Positions 12,704 through 25,700 of a stretch of DNA of 64,000 nt are shown piece after piece. This stretch comes from Phoronis australis. Taxonomy: Eukaryota; Animalia; Phoronida. The stretch is from positions 1 through 64,000 of the forward strand of contig NMRA01000732.1 of the NCBI GenBank assembly GCA_002633005.1, written 5' to 3'. A program made the position numbers and the translations under genes. Each line of letters begins with the position of its first letter. Positions within the stretch are counted from its first letter, which is position 1. The notes beneath the pieces are model-generated. The model was not told where the DNA came from. It saw only the letters and a program-made list of their open reading frames with translations, and did no database searches.

Positions 12704-13954
12704 ATTCCTGTGATACATGGCCTTTTATTGTTGTGACGAGTACCTACTACATCACATGGGAACTGAACGTGTGAACACTGGTCACTTGCATGTTGTTGCC
12801 AAGGTGACCTGTATTGTTCGCGGTATTGAGTCAGCAAATTTTACTGATCAAAAATATAACCAGCAAAGTGGCTATCCCCATAAAATTCAGCGAGAGTTAT
12901 CCTTGGATGCAGGAATAATTTACAAACTTCTTTTTTGTGCCAGTTTGTTCGATGTTAAATCACTGGCGGACACAAACTAAAATACTTTACTGGTGAGGAA
13001 TTCAAACATGAACACACATGGACCATGACCGGTTCCAAAATTTAAAGAAAAAAATTTAGATGTGTTAACTATTTCTTTAATACTCACGTAGACACGCACA
13101 TTATTGATTTAAAGGGCCATACACCAACTTGCTAAACTGTGAAATGACAGTCTCGTTTGGCAGTATGATGTAAACGTAATAACATTGCTTACCCTAGGTA
13201 ACATCTGCTTACAAAATAAATTACTACATTCTACCAAGTAATCTACCAATCACTGAAAGTTTTTCCGTTGCCCTTTTTAGAATTGCTTCGTTCAAAAGGG
13301 AGTCTCTAATGTAAGCAGACAACTGAAACAACTTTTCTTCATGATCTAGGTACATAAGTTTGGGAATAATGTACAGTACTTTTCATTCATTGGGTGGACA
13401 GTTCACTTTTTCAACTCCATGAGATTATGACCTTGGTTGACTTCCTAGATGAGATAGAATAATGTCTGGGTAGACTTACATAGCCATACTTCTACCCCAA
13501 AGTAAGTACACGCACTGGTGAAACCGTTACTTTTGAACACACCTTTGAGTTTTGTTATGCATCTACTTCTGCCATGGCAACCAGAATATTAGTTATCATA
13601 GACTGTTAGCAAGTTAATTTAAATTTACAGATTTCAAAACATATTTCTGAAAGCTACTGTAGGATTATTTCCGTACAACTTGGCATGTGGTCCTTTAAAG
13701 ATTAAAGTAAACTCTAGCTTTGGTGAAACTGACAGACATATACATACATACTTATATATACAAATTCTTACAGAAATATTCACATTAAAACAAACCAAGA
13801 AGCTAACAAAGTTTAAGCACACCAGCAAAATAACACTAGAATACATACTAAAATGCCTTGGCTCTGCAAGTCTTAAGACTCGACATCCAACAGGGATTTC
13901 AACACTATATTTTTGGAACATACCAACAAAATAATAATAGAATACCATTACTAC

Positions 13955-14149
13955 AAAATAGTAAAACTAAAATGACGAGCGTCGGTACTAAAATATATCA
14001 AAATATCCCCACGTATCGAGCGATGCGCTCTTTCTCAAGGGTGTGCTACTGTCTGTAGCACACCCTTGAGAAAGAGCGCATCGGTCGATACGTGGGGATA
14101 TTTTAATATATTTTAGTACCGACGCTAGTCATTTTAGTTTTACTATTTT
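13955..14149. repeat. Near-perfect 95-bp inverted repeat with 5-nt loop
   Basis: Arms 13955-14049 and 14055-14149, about 3 mismatches, loop tgtct. Confidence 0.92.
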
Positions 14150-16700
14150 ATATTTCTATTCGTCGGTAACTGCATGGCATTGCAACAACCATTAATACAC
14201 AAGTCTTAACTTGACGTCCAACACAAAAGTAAGATTGGCATCAGTCGTATCCAACTGAGGAATTTCTAATAAGAGGACTTGATATACAATTTAAATACCA
14301 TGCAACTCAGACCAAATGAAGAAATTTATCTTAAAAGAAGAATTATTCAATCTGGATGTAAATAATCCCAACTTCAAAACACTGAAATCACGGAGCTGGC
14401 AACACCATACCATAAAGAAGTTCGTCAATAAAATGAAAAAAGAAATGACTTATACACGCATAGCTGGTTTACAGAATTAAGCATTGATTTCTTACATTTG
14501 GAACCCCTACAATAATTTTATTACAATGGCTGCCCTACGTTAGCAGTAACAGATGACTAGCCATACAATTACCAGCTTGGAATCCTGAAGCATAATTTCA
14601 TTTGACGAGTATTATTGACCACTATTCCATGGATGTCAGTTACTGTGTTGGAAAATATGTTTAAATCCAGCATGGAGTTACATAGAAGTAAACAATACAC
14701 ACACAGTAATACTTATCACACCCGATTTAAATCTATAAAATTAGAAAAAATCTACTTTAAACTATCTACACGCCAACAACTATTGTTCATATTTTAGAGG
14801 GATTCACACATGAAGGACTTTAAAGACAGTCCAAAAGTACTCTCATTATGGCTACACAACCATTTGCCAAGCAGACGTCACATTCTGTCTTAAAAAATAA
14901 GGTGCACTGGTACAAGGACGCTATGCTAGGATAGACACTTGGCCCTGCGACATCTGAAGTTTACTTCGTCCCTAAAATTACTTGCTGAAACTCACACTAA
15001 GCAAATTCTCATGTTTTGGAGAACACCTAAACATATTCGACCTCTCAGATTTCGTATTGGCACGAGAATGTGTGACAATCAATAATTCTCGAGCAAATTT
15101 GGAACTACTAAAAAAAGTTCCTAGACTATTCCTTAGCATTCTTGAAAATGTTCACATCACGATGTCTGATCCTACTAAAATTAAAATCACAAATAAATAA
15201 AAGCTTACATAGAGCATGTTATCCTGAAATTTGTTATTCGAAAAATCCACAATTATCTTTTCACGCCTCCTTTACTGGAAAAATGGAGTATGGAGGATAC
15301 CAGCTTTCAAAATGTGGTTAAATTTCATTTTTCTTGTTTTATCACACCAAAGACTTCTATAGCAACTCAACTCATAGAGACTTGAATGGAGTTTGGTGGT
15401 AACCATTTCTCAGGTATTTCTGGAGTGCAGTTTGGAGGATAAGTTTCTTGAATAATTCAAGAGGTGTGGGAAAAGTTTGGTAGTCACAGCTCAGAAGACA
15501 GACAATTCAAATGTTCCCTGACACCTCCTTCTTCAATAGGTTGAAAGACTGAAATTCAATATCCCAGCAAGATCAATAAGAACTTTGGGAATTAGGTGAG
15601 ACAAACATAGGAACTACATTTTTACATTATATTTTTGGATTCCAACATTTCCTATATTGTAAAGTTTGTAGCACACCTGACAATCTACCGTCTTGTATTT
15701 GACATACTTTGGGGCAATTGTCATATGTATATATTCCACTAAATCTCAATCATCCTGAGAATTACAATGGAGTGTTTTAAAGAGGTCTGGAACGCAATAA
15801 ACAGACTAAATTGCAACACTGAACATGGTTTTTCTGCCCCTGAAACACAATTCAACCTGTTCACCGAGTGTTTTTATTGTTTTTTTTTGTAGATTTTTTA
15901 CTTCTGTTCACATCAAAGCATTTTCTTTTAGCTTCAAATTTCCAAAAAGGTCTGTCAACAGCTTGCCACTTCGTCAACTTTTCGCCAAGGCAACGCACAC
16001 CTTATTTGATATGGCAAGACATAGAAGTAGCACATTTCCCTTATATGGAAAATGACCTTTGACCTCAAGCGACTTCGAGCAACTCACTGAGAGAGCATGC
16101 AGACATTTATCATAAGTGGTAACCACAGTTTTTCCTTCGTGCGTATTTAAAAAATCAGGAATTTTGTAATTTTTTCTGGAAATTTCCTCACAGAGCAAAG
16201 TGAATCATTCTGCACGAGATGGTACTTTCGTCAGGAATTGTTTAAAAGATATTTTTGCTGAGCTTTCGAGTTCCATGCCTGTTTAACATGATAATTTAAA
16301 CTTTGTAAATTGCTTCAACACAAGGCATTTTTGTTACAAAATTTATGTTTGGAATGTGAAACTGAAAAGGTTCCTTAGAGTACAAAACAGCATATAGTCA
16401 GAGAAATGTGACATTCAATGTGGCGGCAGTTGAGAAATGATGAGAGCTGAGTTAAGCTGCTACAACTCAAGTAAGTACTCTAATATCACAAAGATCTATA
16501 AACAATGTCCATTCTTATAGTACAAATGTTCATACGGATGAAAATATGACACAGTCAACACTGCTTCACTCCAGATGATGCTCTGCCTTCCCACAATGCT
16601 CTTCATCCTGTTGTGACCTTCCCAGAAGCCATATTGCACTATCTCCTCAAAGTTCACCAATATCATTTGTTGCGCTACTTCCTGCCTGGCTATCTGGCTT

Positions 16701-16778
16701 TCAACCCAGAGTGCCTGCCAGAATTGCAACGATGATTACAATAAGCACAGCCACACAGATCAGCATCATTATCTTCTT
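16701..16778 (-). CDS. STX1A: Syntaxin-1 alternative TM last exon C ([25 protein letters not shown])
   Basis: Acceptor ttcttgttttgcag|; KKIM..IC start most like the canonical STX1 TM; TGA. Confidence 0.9.
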   Translation of the reverse strand, partial: KKIMMLICVAVLIVIIVAILAGTLG

Positions 16779-19700
16779 CTGCAAAACAAGAACACAAAAA
16801 ATTTGAACACATAGCAAAATGGAAAAGAAAATTATTGCTACATAGCTGCAATAGTTTCCTATACAGACACACTTCATAAAAGGCAACAATGTTGGCCTAA
16901 TGCATAATGGATTTCAATTTCTTTCCAGGAGTATTAAATAATATTCCCAAGTGGACTCGATATGCAACCTTTGCTAACAGGGCTCAAATAACTTGACACA
17001 GTTAGCCAGTAGTGCCACTTTGTGACTACAAATAAAACTGGGCACAATCCAAGTGAAGAAATGGATTTTAAATGAGAAAAAATAATTGCACTACTCAGTA
17101 CTTATTAAACCAAATGGCAAAAAATGTGCCCTCTAGGTAAGGACAGTCAAACTGAAACAATAATATAAAGTGCATAGTGATGCAGTAGTAATGGCTGACA
17201 AAGAAACTAACCTGAAGACAGGGAACATCTGGATAAATGACAACACTAGTTGACAACAAAAAGCACAAAAACAGTAACGAGGAATATAATTAGTGAATAT
17301 ATTAGATCACTTTACAAATTACTTACAATATGTTATAATTAAGACAGAACTTCAATGCTGAGTCAGTGTTTCAAGAATGCAACTCAGAGAAATGAAAAAG
17401 GTTCAAGCCAATCTATCACAAATTATACACGTAGCACCTTAAAGGAGAGGACAACCGTTCTTGATCTTATAACTTAAAAATAAAAATGCAAGATTATCCT
17501 GGCTTAGCATGCTGGAATAGAAAGTGACATAAACCACCCAACGAAAGACCCAAATCGTATGTCTGCATTCACTTCCATTGAGTACACACAACGCCTTACC
17601 TGGTATTGAAGAGTCAGTCATTGTTTTTGATCAAAAGAAACGAATTTAGACACAAGATGCGGATCTTTTGCTGGATTGTTTATGTCACATTCTACTGTTG
17701 TACGCACAGCTGCAGAGGGCCAGGCAAACAGTAATTAATCCTGAAAACATCTCTCCATAACCACGGATTTTTATTTTAAGAATATGTAATATCAAAAACG
17801 ATTGCTTTCCCTTCAATAATGAACACAGGATTTCAAATGGCAAAACACAATGAGAAAAATGATTCTAATTGTTGACCAGCTTTCCTTTAACTAAGAAATA
17901 CGGGGCACACAATATTCCATTAGGTGATACACTACAGCGCACATTTGTGTACCATCATATTCTCTTAAACTCAATCCTTGGCACTGCATTACTAACTGGA
18001 CACCAGGATCACCATAACAATAACTTCACACCTAGTTCACGTGCACAAGGAGACAGCACAAATAAAATACAACAACCAGCCAACTTTCTTTTTCGCGTTT
18101 AATTAAAGTGTCAAGTAACACAAGTATCACACAGTCCAATAGACCTCTACCAGCCATTTTGACAATCTATGTTAAGGAGGTCTACAAATGTGTGGGACAG
18201 CAGAAACTATTCCTCTGATCTTAAAATAAAATCAATCTTGACTAACTGAATCCTTTCGAACGATACCATAAAAATTTGCCAGTGTAATCATCACACAAAG
18301 CCACATGGCAAAGATTGATTAACTGAATGGCTAACAAAGTGCACATCAAAGCATACAGCCAATATACGAACTTTAAACTGGACTCTACCACCACATGGAT
18401 GTTCATAACTGTAGTGAAAGTCTACACAGCATCCATCATGAACAGGCATTTGTTTCTACAGCTAAACACGTTCACATGCACAAACATGGCAGTAATTCCA
18501 CCAAGAGCTTCAGCAGGGAACAAGGTTATTTTGACACTCAAATGTGGTAACCTAAGACGACCACCTTATAGCTGCCATAGGTTGCTACACGAAGACAGAC
18601 AGGCAGGACCCAACCTGTACTTAGACAAGTGGACACACCCTTCAGCCATCTCATACTTTGTACAGGTGGCCACACAAAGATAGACAGGCTTCACCCATCT
18701 CACTCTGCATAGTTGGACACACAAGCAGACAGGCTTCAGCCGATTCATACTTGGCAATCACCTATAGTTACTGTCAGAAATGTGTGCGGCAAAGGCAAGT
18801 CGTGTCCGAATAAAGTAAGAACGAATTTTACTTCGACGCACAAAAAATTTACTTGACAACTAAATGTGCACTACTGAGAGGAGTGGTACAGAGCTACAAC
18901 TGGCAAATTCTAATCACTCCTTGTGATTACTGTCAGAAAAAAGGATGTCTGTCTTTCTTGTTGCAATTTATTCACGGAGATCACAATTACTTGAATGAAC
19001 ATCGCTTTTCACGAAAATCTTATGACTGCGGAAGCGGAGTGAATTTACAGTCACAAAAATGTGCAAATTGTACATTTTCATGTGTAAACTTTTCTAACAC
19101 ATTCCAGGTTACTGAAATACATCACAAAAACATGTCGTTAAACAACAAAATTTTAATAGATTCTCCAACACAACAAGGTTTCCATGTGTGGACTTGAGAT
19201 GATGAATATTACATCACCCCTTGTACATAATTTCTCAAACCCATGATAAATAAGAAAATATAGAAAAATATTTGATCCACAATAGTCATACAGTATTCGG
19301 AAATCATGTGACGTATTCTTTTCTGATTACAATAACACGGTTCTGGTTAACAACCCATGGAATACAGTTTGTGTAAAATTCACCGCATGCACAAATGTTT
19401 AGCAGTGTTCATAAAAGCTGTGCACTTTCAAAGAAATGAATAGAAGTCTTCCTTTATATCTTCTCATGGCCACACTTTCTTCATCGACACACACGCGTAA
19501 ATCCGACAAAGCACAAAACACTAGTGGCGGTGGTCAAGTTAAATATAAGCCAAATCAGTGTTTTGCACAACTTGGAAATATTAAGTCCAGCAGGTGTCAC
19601 TGCAAATTGTGGGGATAAAAAGACCTAGTTATGTAAAGGCTGTCTAGCTTTAAAAGCGAGATTTCGTAGCCATATATGGTAATGGCCATTTACAAGGGTG

Positions 19701-22700
19701 CGTTTTTCGTGTTTTGATGAAAACGTGACTGAATTTAATTTAATTGCTCGTCATTCTTTAAAGCTGGGAAATGCATACAACACATAAATATATATTATTG
19801 TACTGCGGAGGCATGACCATTCTGAGACAGACTTCTATGCATGATTAAGCACAGACTACTGGCTGGGATACCTAATAACTATACTAAGTAGTGTCAACAC
19901 TGACAGAGCTACGTTATAATAATACATACAATAATAGCAAACTGCTGTTATACAGCGATAACTACTGTTAGCAATGTTTGACTTGGAAATTCTATGCAAT
20001 ATTCACTGTGGAGAATCACAGTACCTTCATTTGTGCATACTTTGAATTTTACTAAACAATGAAATTTAGCTAAAAAAACCTGGGCTTTCACACAATCAAA
20101 GCCTCAAAACTGTTGCTATCATTAGTCTGCCTATTACTGTTGCCATTGTCGACTAGCTACTTGAGTTTGTTGCTGGATTGGGCAAGCTTGTTGTCACTTT
20201 TGATTGCTTGCTCTGGTCGCTGGTCGATCCACTCTGATTCAGCACCACGGAAAGTGCGATTATAAGAATGATTACGGCTAACACTACAACCACGCACAAA
20301 ATAAGGTAGCACTTTTTCTAAAACAAAGAGAAAACAGAAAACTCATGCAAGTTGAAACAAAAAATGAAACTTGAGAGAGAACATATATCATGTTACAACA
20401 TCAAGGTATTTTAACACTTGCAATAACTTAAGAATGCTGAACTGATAATGAAGATTAGGATGACTGAAGGTAAATAAGACTTTAAAAGGACAACATCAAG
20501 TTGAAGTGCAACTCACTGTACATCACGTTGAACACAGTGCAACTAACTGTACATCAAGTTGAACATAGTGCAACTAATTGTACATCAGTGAACACAAAAT
20601 AAAAAATCTGTTAATATTATGTAGAACATTGTCTGCAAAATTGCATATTTAGCCAAATATCTACAATATTACAGGTTTCAACACTTGTTTCTAGAAAAGT
20701 TGGATTTTTTGCTATATACCAACCTATCATTAATTGGTTCACGTAACTATGTGCAAATTTTTTATGAAAAGTATTATTTTTATAGCCTCTCATAAAAATA
20801 TAACATTTCGAAACAAATCCTAATGATAGGTCAGCCTTTTAGACAACAGTGTATAAAGCTTGGTATGTGGTAGTTTCGTGAAAATACGATCAGCCATTTC
20901 TGACAAATGAATGCTCTTGAAGTTGGCCAAATTTGGACATTTTTGTAGGGTCCTACACAAGCTTTTAATAAGTATTCTTTGGTAGGGTAGTCACAAAAGT
21001 TTGACTTGCTCAAATGGCTGGGAACACTTTATCTGAGCACTAGACAAAGTGGGTAAAGCTTTTTTCCCCAATTTTAATGAAGAGTTCAAAAACTCTTTAT
21101 TGAGACTAACATACCCAGGATCAGCCAAGTCCAACGGAGAGGCCAATTATCAGTGCTATCACTCCCACAACTATGAGGATGCAGATAATAATGCAGATTT
21201 TTTTCTAAAACAAAGAAAATAAAGGAAATTGAAAGAAAACTGTTCAACGCAACGAGCAACTGTGGATGAGCGAACAAAATTTAAAATACATCAACTGAAA
21301 ACAACGCAAATAACGACAACTATGTATGTTGGACACGATAGAACTGATAAGTATTGGTAGGAACTTAACGAATAAAATGGGGAGAAAGAAACTAAATAAA
21401 GAGCAAAGCAAACGTGTGTGACCATCACCAACCGCACATCTACTAGGAGCAAACAAGTACGGAAAGTAAAAGAGCAACTGTTAGGTGTGATGTGGAGGCA
21501 CTCACCCGCCTGGCTTTACTTTGATATTTTACTGCTTTCTTTGTATCAGCCTTGGCCGTCTCGATGTAATCTACAGACTGTTGTACATTAAATTCTATCC
21601 TATCAATCATTTCGCCCTGAAAACAAAAAGTAATCAAATAAACGCTGAACTGAAAAAAAGCAGATCAGCGGAACTTTCAGGTTTTGCGAGATGGACCACC
21701 AATGAACGGAACTATGTATTACATTAAGAAGGGTTGGCAAGACCATTTGCATTCATATTTCCAGGATGGGAAAAGTTGAAATAAGAGTCATTTAATACTA
21801 GTTGATATGAATTCACATTAGGCTGATGATAGATGAACACCAGTCTGGTCACTGTTCCTGGCATCATTCATGGAAAACCTCTTTTTTATTATTGCTCAGT
21901 GATAAGAAATCATATAAATTATCACTAACGATAATAAACCTTGCGTGAAAAATTATATCTAGTATTAAAATTATTCTTCTCAACCATTTACATCACGATA
22001 CCATTCATGTAAATGGTTGATATAAATTGAAGTATACATGTTGATGATAAGTTAATATGATCAACCATAATTGCAAGACACTATAGGAAAAGTTTCGGAC
22101 TGAACTAATTATTAACTAAACTAACATATCAAATAACAAGAGCAACGCAGAACGTTGAAATGCACTCATGATGGCACCGCCAACAGTGTGCTTCTATGGG
22201 TGTTTTTAGTACAATAAAAATGGTCATTAGATGGCGCAAAATGCGTCAAACCTAAACGAATTGAGAAGGTGACGTCTCTGTAATACACAACTATTTGCCA
22301 AATTTCATGAAAATAAGCCAAGGAGCTCCTATAACATAGAAGCAAACGTAAAAAAAAAACAATTGACATTAGGGGGTGCAGTTATAGTGCGACAGGTCTG
22401 AAACTCATCGTCATCTGTTGCCATCTCTATAGAAGCCCATCTGTCAAAAAACCTTCAAAGGGTTAAGGAGATCCAGGCGTAGATGCAAAAAAGCAAAATT
22501 GCCCCTAAAGGGAACCAGAATAGTCAAATATCTGAAAATCAACATCAACCAGGGTCTCCACATCAGGCACACAGCCATCAGTTTTTATAATCGTTCTTTG
22601 AGTGGTTTGGGAGATAGAGAGGCAGATGTCAAAAACATACGTGAACGTTTTTAAATGGTTACCAGGTGGCGCAAAAAAATCATCAAATCTGTCCCAAAAT

Positions 22701-25700
22701 GCGAAGGTATTGTCGTCTCGTTAATGGAAACCTATTTGCCGAATCTCATGAAAATACATTACTGAAATCCAAGGATACAGCGACAAACGTAAAAAACATT
22801 TTGCTACAAGTAGGCACAATGGGTATTTGGATCAGTTCGACACTTGTTACCATTTGTCTTCAGCTCCATAGGAACACATCTTTCAAATTTCATTAACTCC
22901 TTCAAAGGTTTAAGGAGATTTGGCCTCAGATGCAAAAGCAAAACAAAATCACTACTAGGGGACAACACAGTAGTCGGACCTGTCAGAAAGTAAATTTTAG
23001 TAGTGGCCTTCTCATCAGGAACACAGCTGTAAATTCTCATAATGATCCTTTGTGCGGTATGCCAGATAGGGAGGTGGACGCCAGAAAATTGAAGCAAAAA
23101 TATCAAAAATAGCTACCAGGTGGTGCAAAAAATATAAAATCTTTGCGAAAATGAGAAGGCATTGTCATCTCTTTAATAGAAACCTATTTGCAAAATTTCA
23201 TGAAAATACATTACTGAAATCCGAGGGCACAGTGGTATCTGGATCAGTTCCACATTTGTTACCAATTGCCGATGGCTCCATAGGAATACATCTTTCAAAT
23301 TTCAGAAAGCTCTTTTAAAGGGTTAAGAAGATTCAGCGGCAGGCACAAAAGAAACAAAATCACCACTAATGGGGTGATACAGTAGTTAGACCCATACGAA
23401 AGTCAATGTCAGTTGTGGCCTTTTCATCAGCAACACATCTGTAAATTTTCATAATGATCCTTTGAGTGGTATGGCACATAGAGAGGTGGACACCAGAAAA
23501 TGGATGCAAAACTAATAAAAAATGTTCGCAAGGTGGCGTAAAATTTGTTGAATCTGTCCAAAAATGGAATGGCATCACTGTCTCTGTATTAAAATCTTTT
23601 CTGCCGCATTTCGTGAAAATCCGTTAAGGAACTCCGAAGATACAGAGGCAAACGTTAAAAAAAAATTGCCACTAGGGGGCACAGGGGTATTTGGGTCGGT
23701 CTGAAACTCGTCGTCATTTGTCGTCAACCACATAGGAACACACCTTCCAAATTTCATTAAGATCCTGCAAGGGGTTTAGGACACATAGCCACAGATGCCA
23801 GATGGCCGGACAGAGATGACAGCAATATGCACCCACATATAAATATGTGGGCGTATAAAAAACAAATCAATAAAGTGACACAGCCTCCTGTTAGCAGTGT
23901 GAATGTCTATACCTGACTTTCTACTAGCATAGCCATGTCCATAAACATGTCGTGTAGTTCTTGTATGCTTTTTTCTAACTTCATGATATCTGCGTGCCGG
24001 GCCTCTATGTCAGCTAGTGACTGTTTGGCCTGCTGGGTTTCCATGATTATCTGGAAAATATAATTAAGTAATTACAACAAACAACTATTGAAGGATTTCT
24101 GTGACAGGTAAGTGCGTATCCAAGGATAGGCCTATACTCAGTTTCCTTTTTTAACAGCAATGTAAGAAATTAAAGTCCTCCACTTGCACAGCCTTCAAAT
24201 AGAGAAATTTCATGAAAATCCACTGAGGATTTCCCAAGATACAGAGGTAAACGTTAAAAACTACAATTGTCACTAGGGAGCACACTTGTACACGGATAGG
24301 TCCGAAATTTGTTGTCATCCATTGTCAGCTTCATAGGAACAAATCTGCCAAATTTCATCAAGATCCTGTGAGGGGGTTTAGGAGATACAGCTGAAGACGC
24401 CGGACGGCAATATGCACCCACATATAAATATGTGGGCGCATAAAAAACTCTCGAATGGACTTTTCCATTTTTTGTTCTAAAAATGAACCAATTATGCAGA
24501 TTCTACATTTTTAAATGAATGTTTTTGTAACTTTGTTACATTTAAAGAAAGATAAATAATTTTAGGGACTATAATGCTGTCTGACATATCCATGTTACCA
24601 TTTCACCCTTTCAGGGTTCATAACTGACAATGGATCAAAGATTACACAAGCACAAGTGCTGGCATATTTGTCTGGTGCCAATACCCAATCCGGTTGATGA
24701 CCTGAGAGACAATTTTTAGGCTCACATGAATAATTCATGTGATTTTTAATGAAATACTCTGATATGTGCAATATTTCAGGGCAATTTAGCTTTTATTTAT
24801 AAAAAATTCTTTTTAATTAAGCGCTCAAGACTGTATGAAGCGGCCGAACTGAGAATTGTTTTTTCACTTTGAAAACAAACGCCTACATCACAGGAAAGGC
24901 ATTGATGTCTGCAATACAAAAATAAAAAAATATCAAAATTGCATGGTGCACTCAAAAGTTATCGCTATTTATGGGACAAATTTTGACTTTACTCTGGTGG
25001 GGTCGACCATCCAGCAGTATCAGTGTCATAGGTTATGGATTTACAGTGCTTAAACATTATTTTCACAAACATTCTAGCAGTAAAATTTAGTAACATTTTT
25101 ATTTACCTACCATTCTGTACAATCCAAGAGTTTATACCAGAGTTTAATAACGCAGGTGTAACTTATTGAACTGAGTGGTTAAAGTGCTCACAATTCACAT
25201 TGGAAAATCTTTTCTCTTATCAAACCATCAATTGACATTTGTATGAAAAGAGCCATTTAATAATTAGCTGAATAACAAATAAGTGCTTCGACTTTCCAAA
25301 CCCGAGAAATGAAAATGCTAACTAAAGCAATTTGGGTATCTGAACCATTAAATACAGACACAGCAAATAGGCTGCACACCTGGAAGACTGGTTTATTATT
25401 TGTTACAGCGATACATAACCTTACCATCCGAAATGAAGATTTCCTCTTCAGACAGTTGAGAAAACCATCCACAGATGGCGTGACTGTTGTGACAAGACAT
25501 TACCTTTAGGCAGACCACTGATGAGTCATGAAAAGTGCATAACAGTAAAACTTACCCCTTGAGTGAATATAGCTGGGTTACCAGCTTCCAGCATGTCTTC
25601 AAGTTCCTCATTTGTGGTCTTTTTCCCAGCTAGAAAAAAGAACAACTAGATGTAGAGTCCAGTAACATCAAGTCATCAACAATATTCAGACACATATGCC

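Noticed and set aside
19455-19530. Cys-containing peptide [18 protein letters not shown] as another syntaxin last exon
   Set aside because: No polypyrimidine tract before the AG
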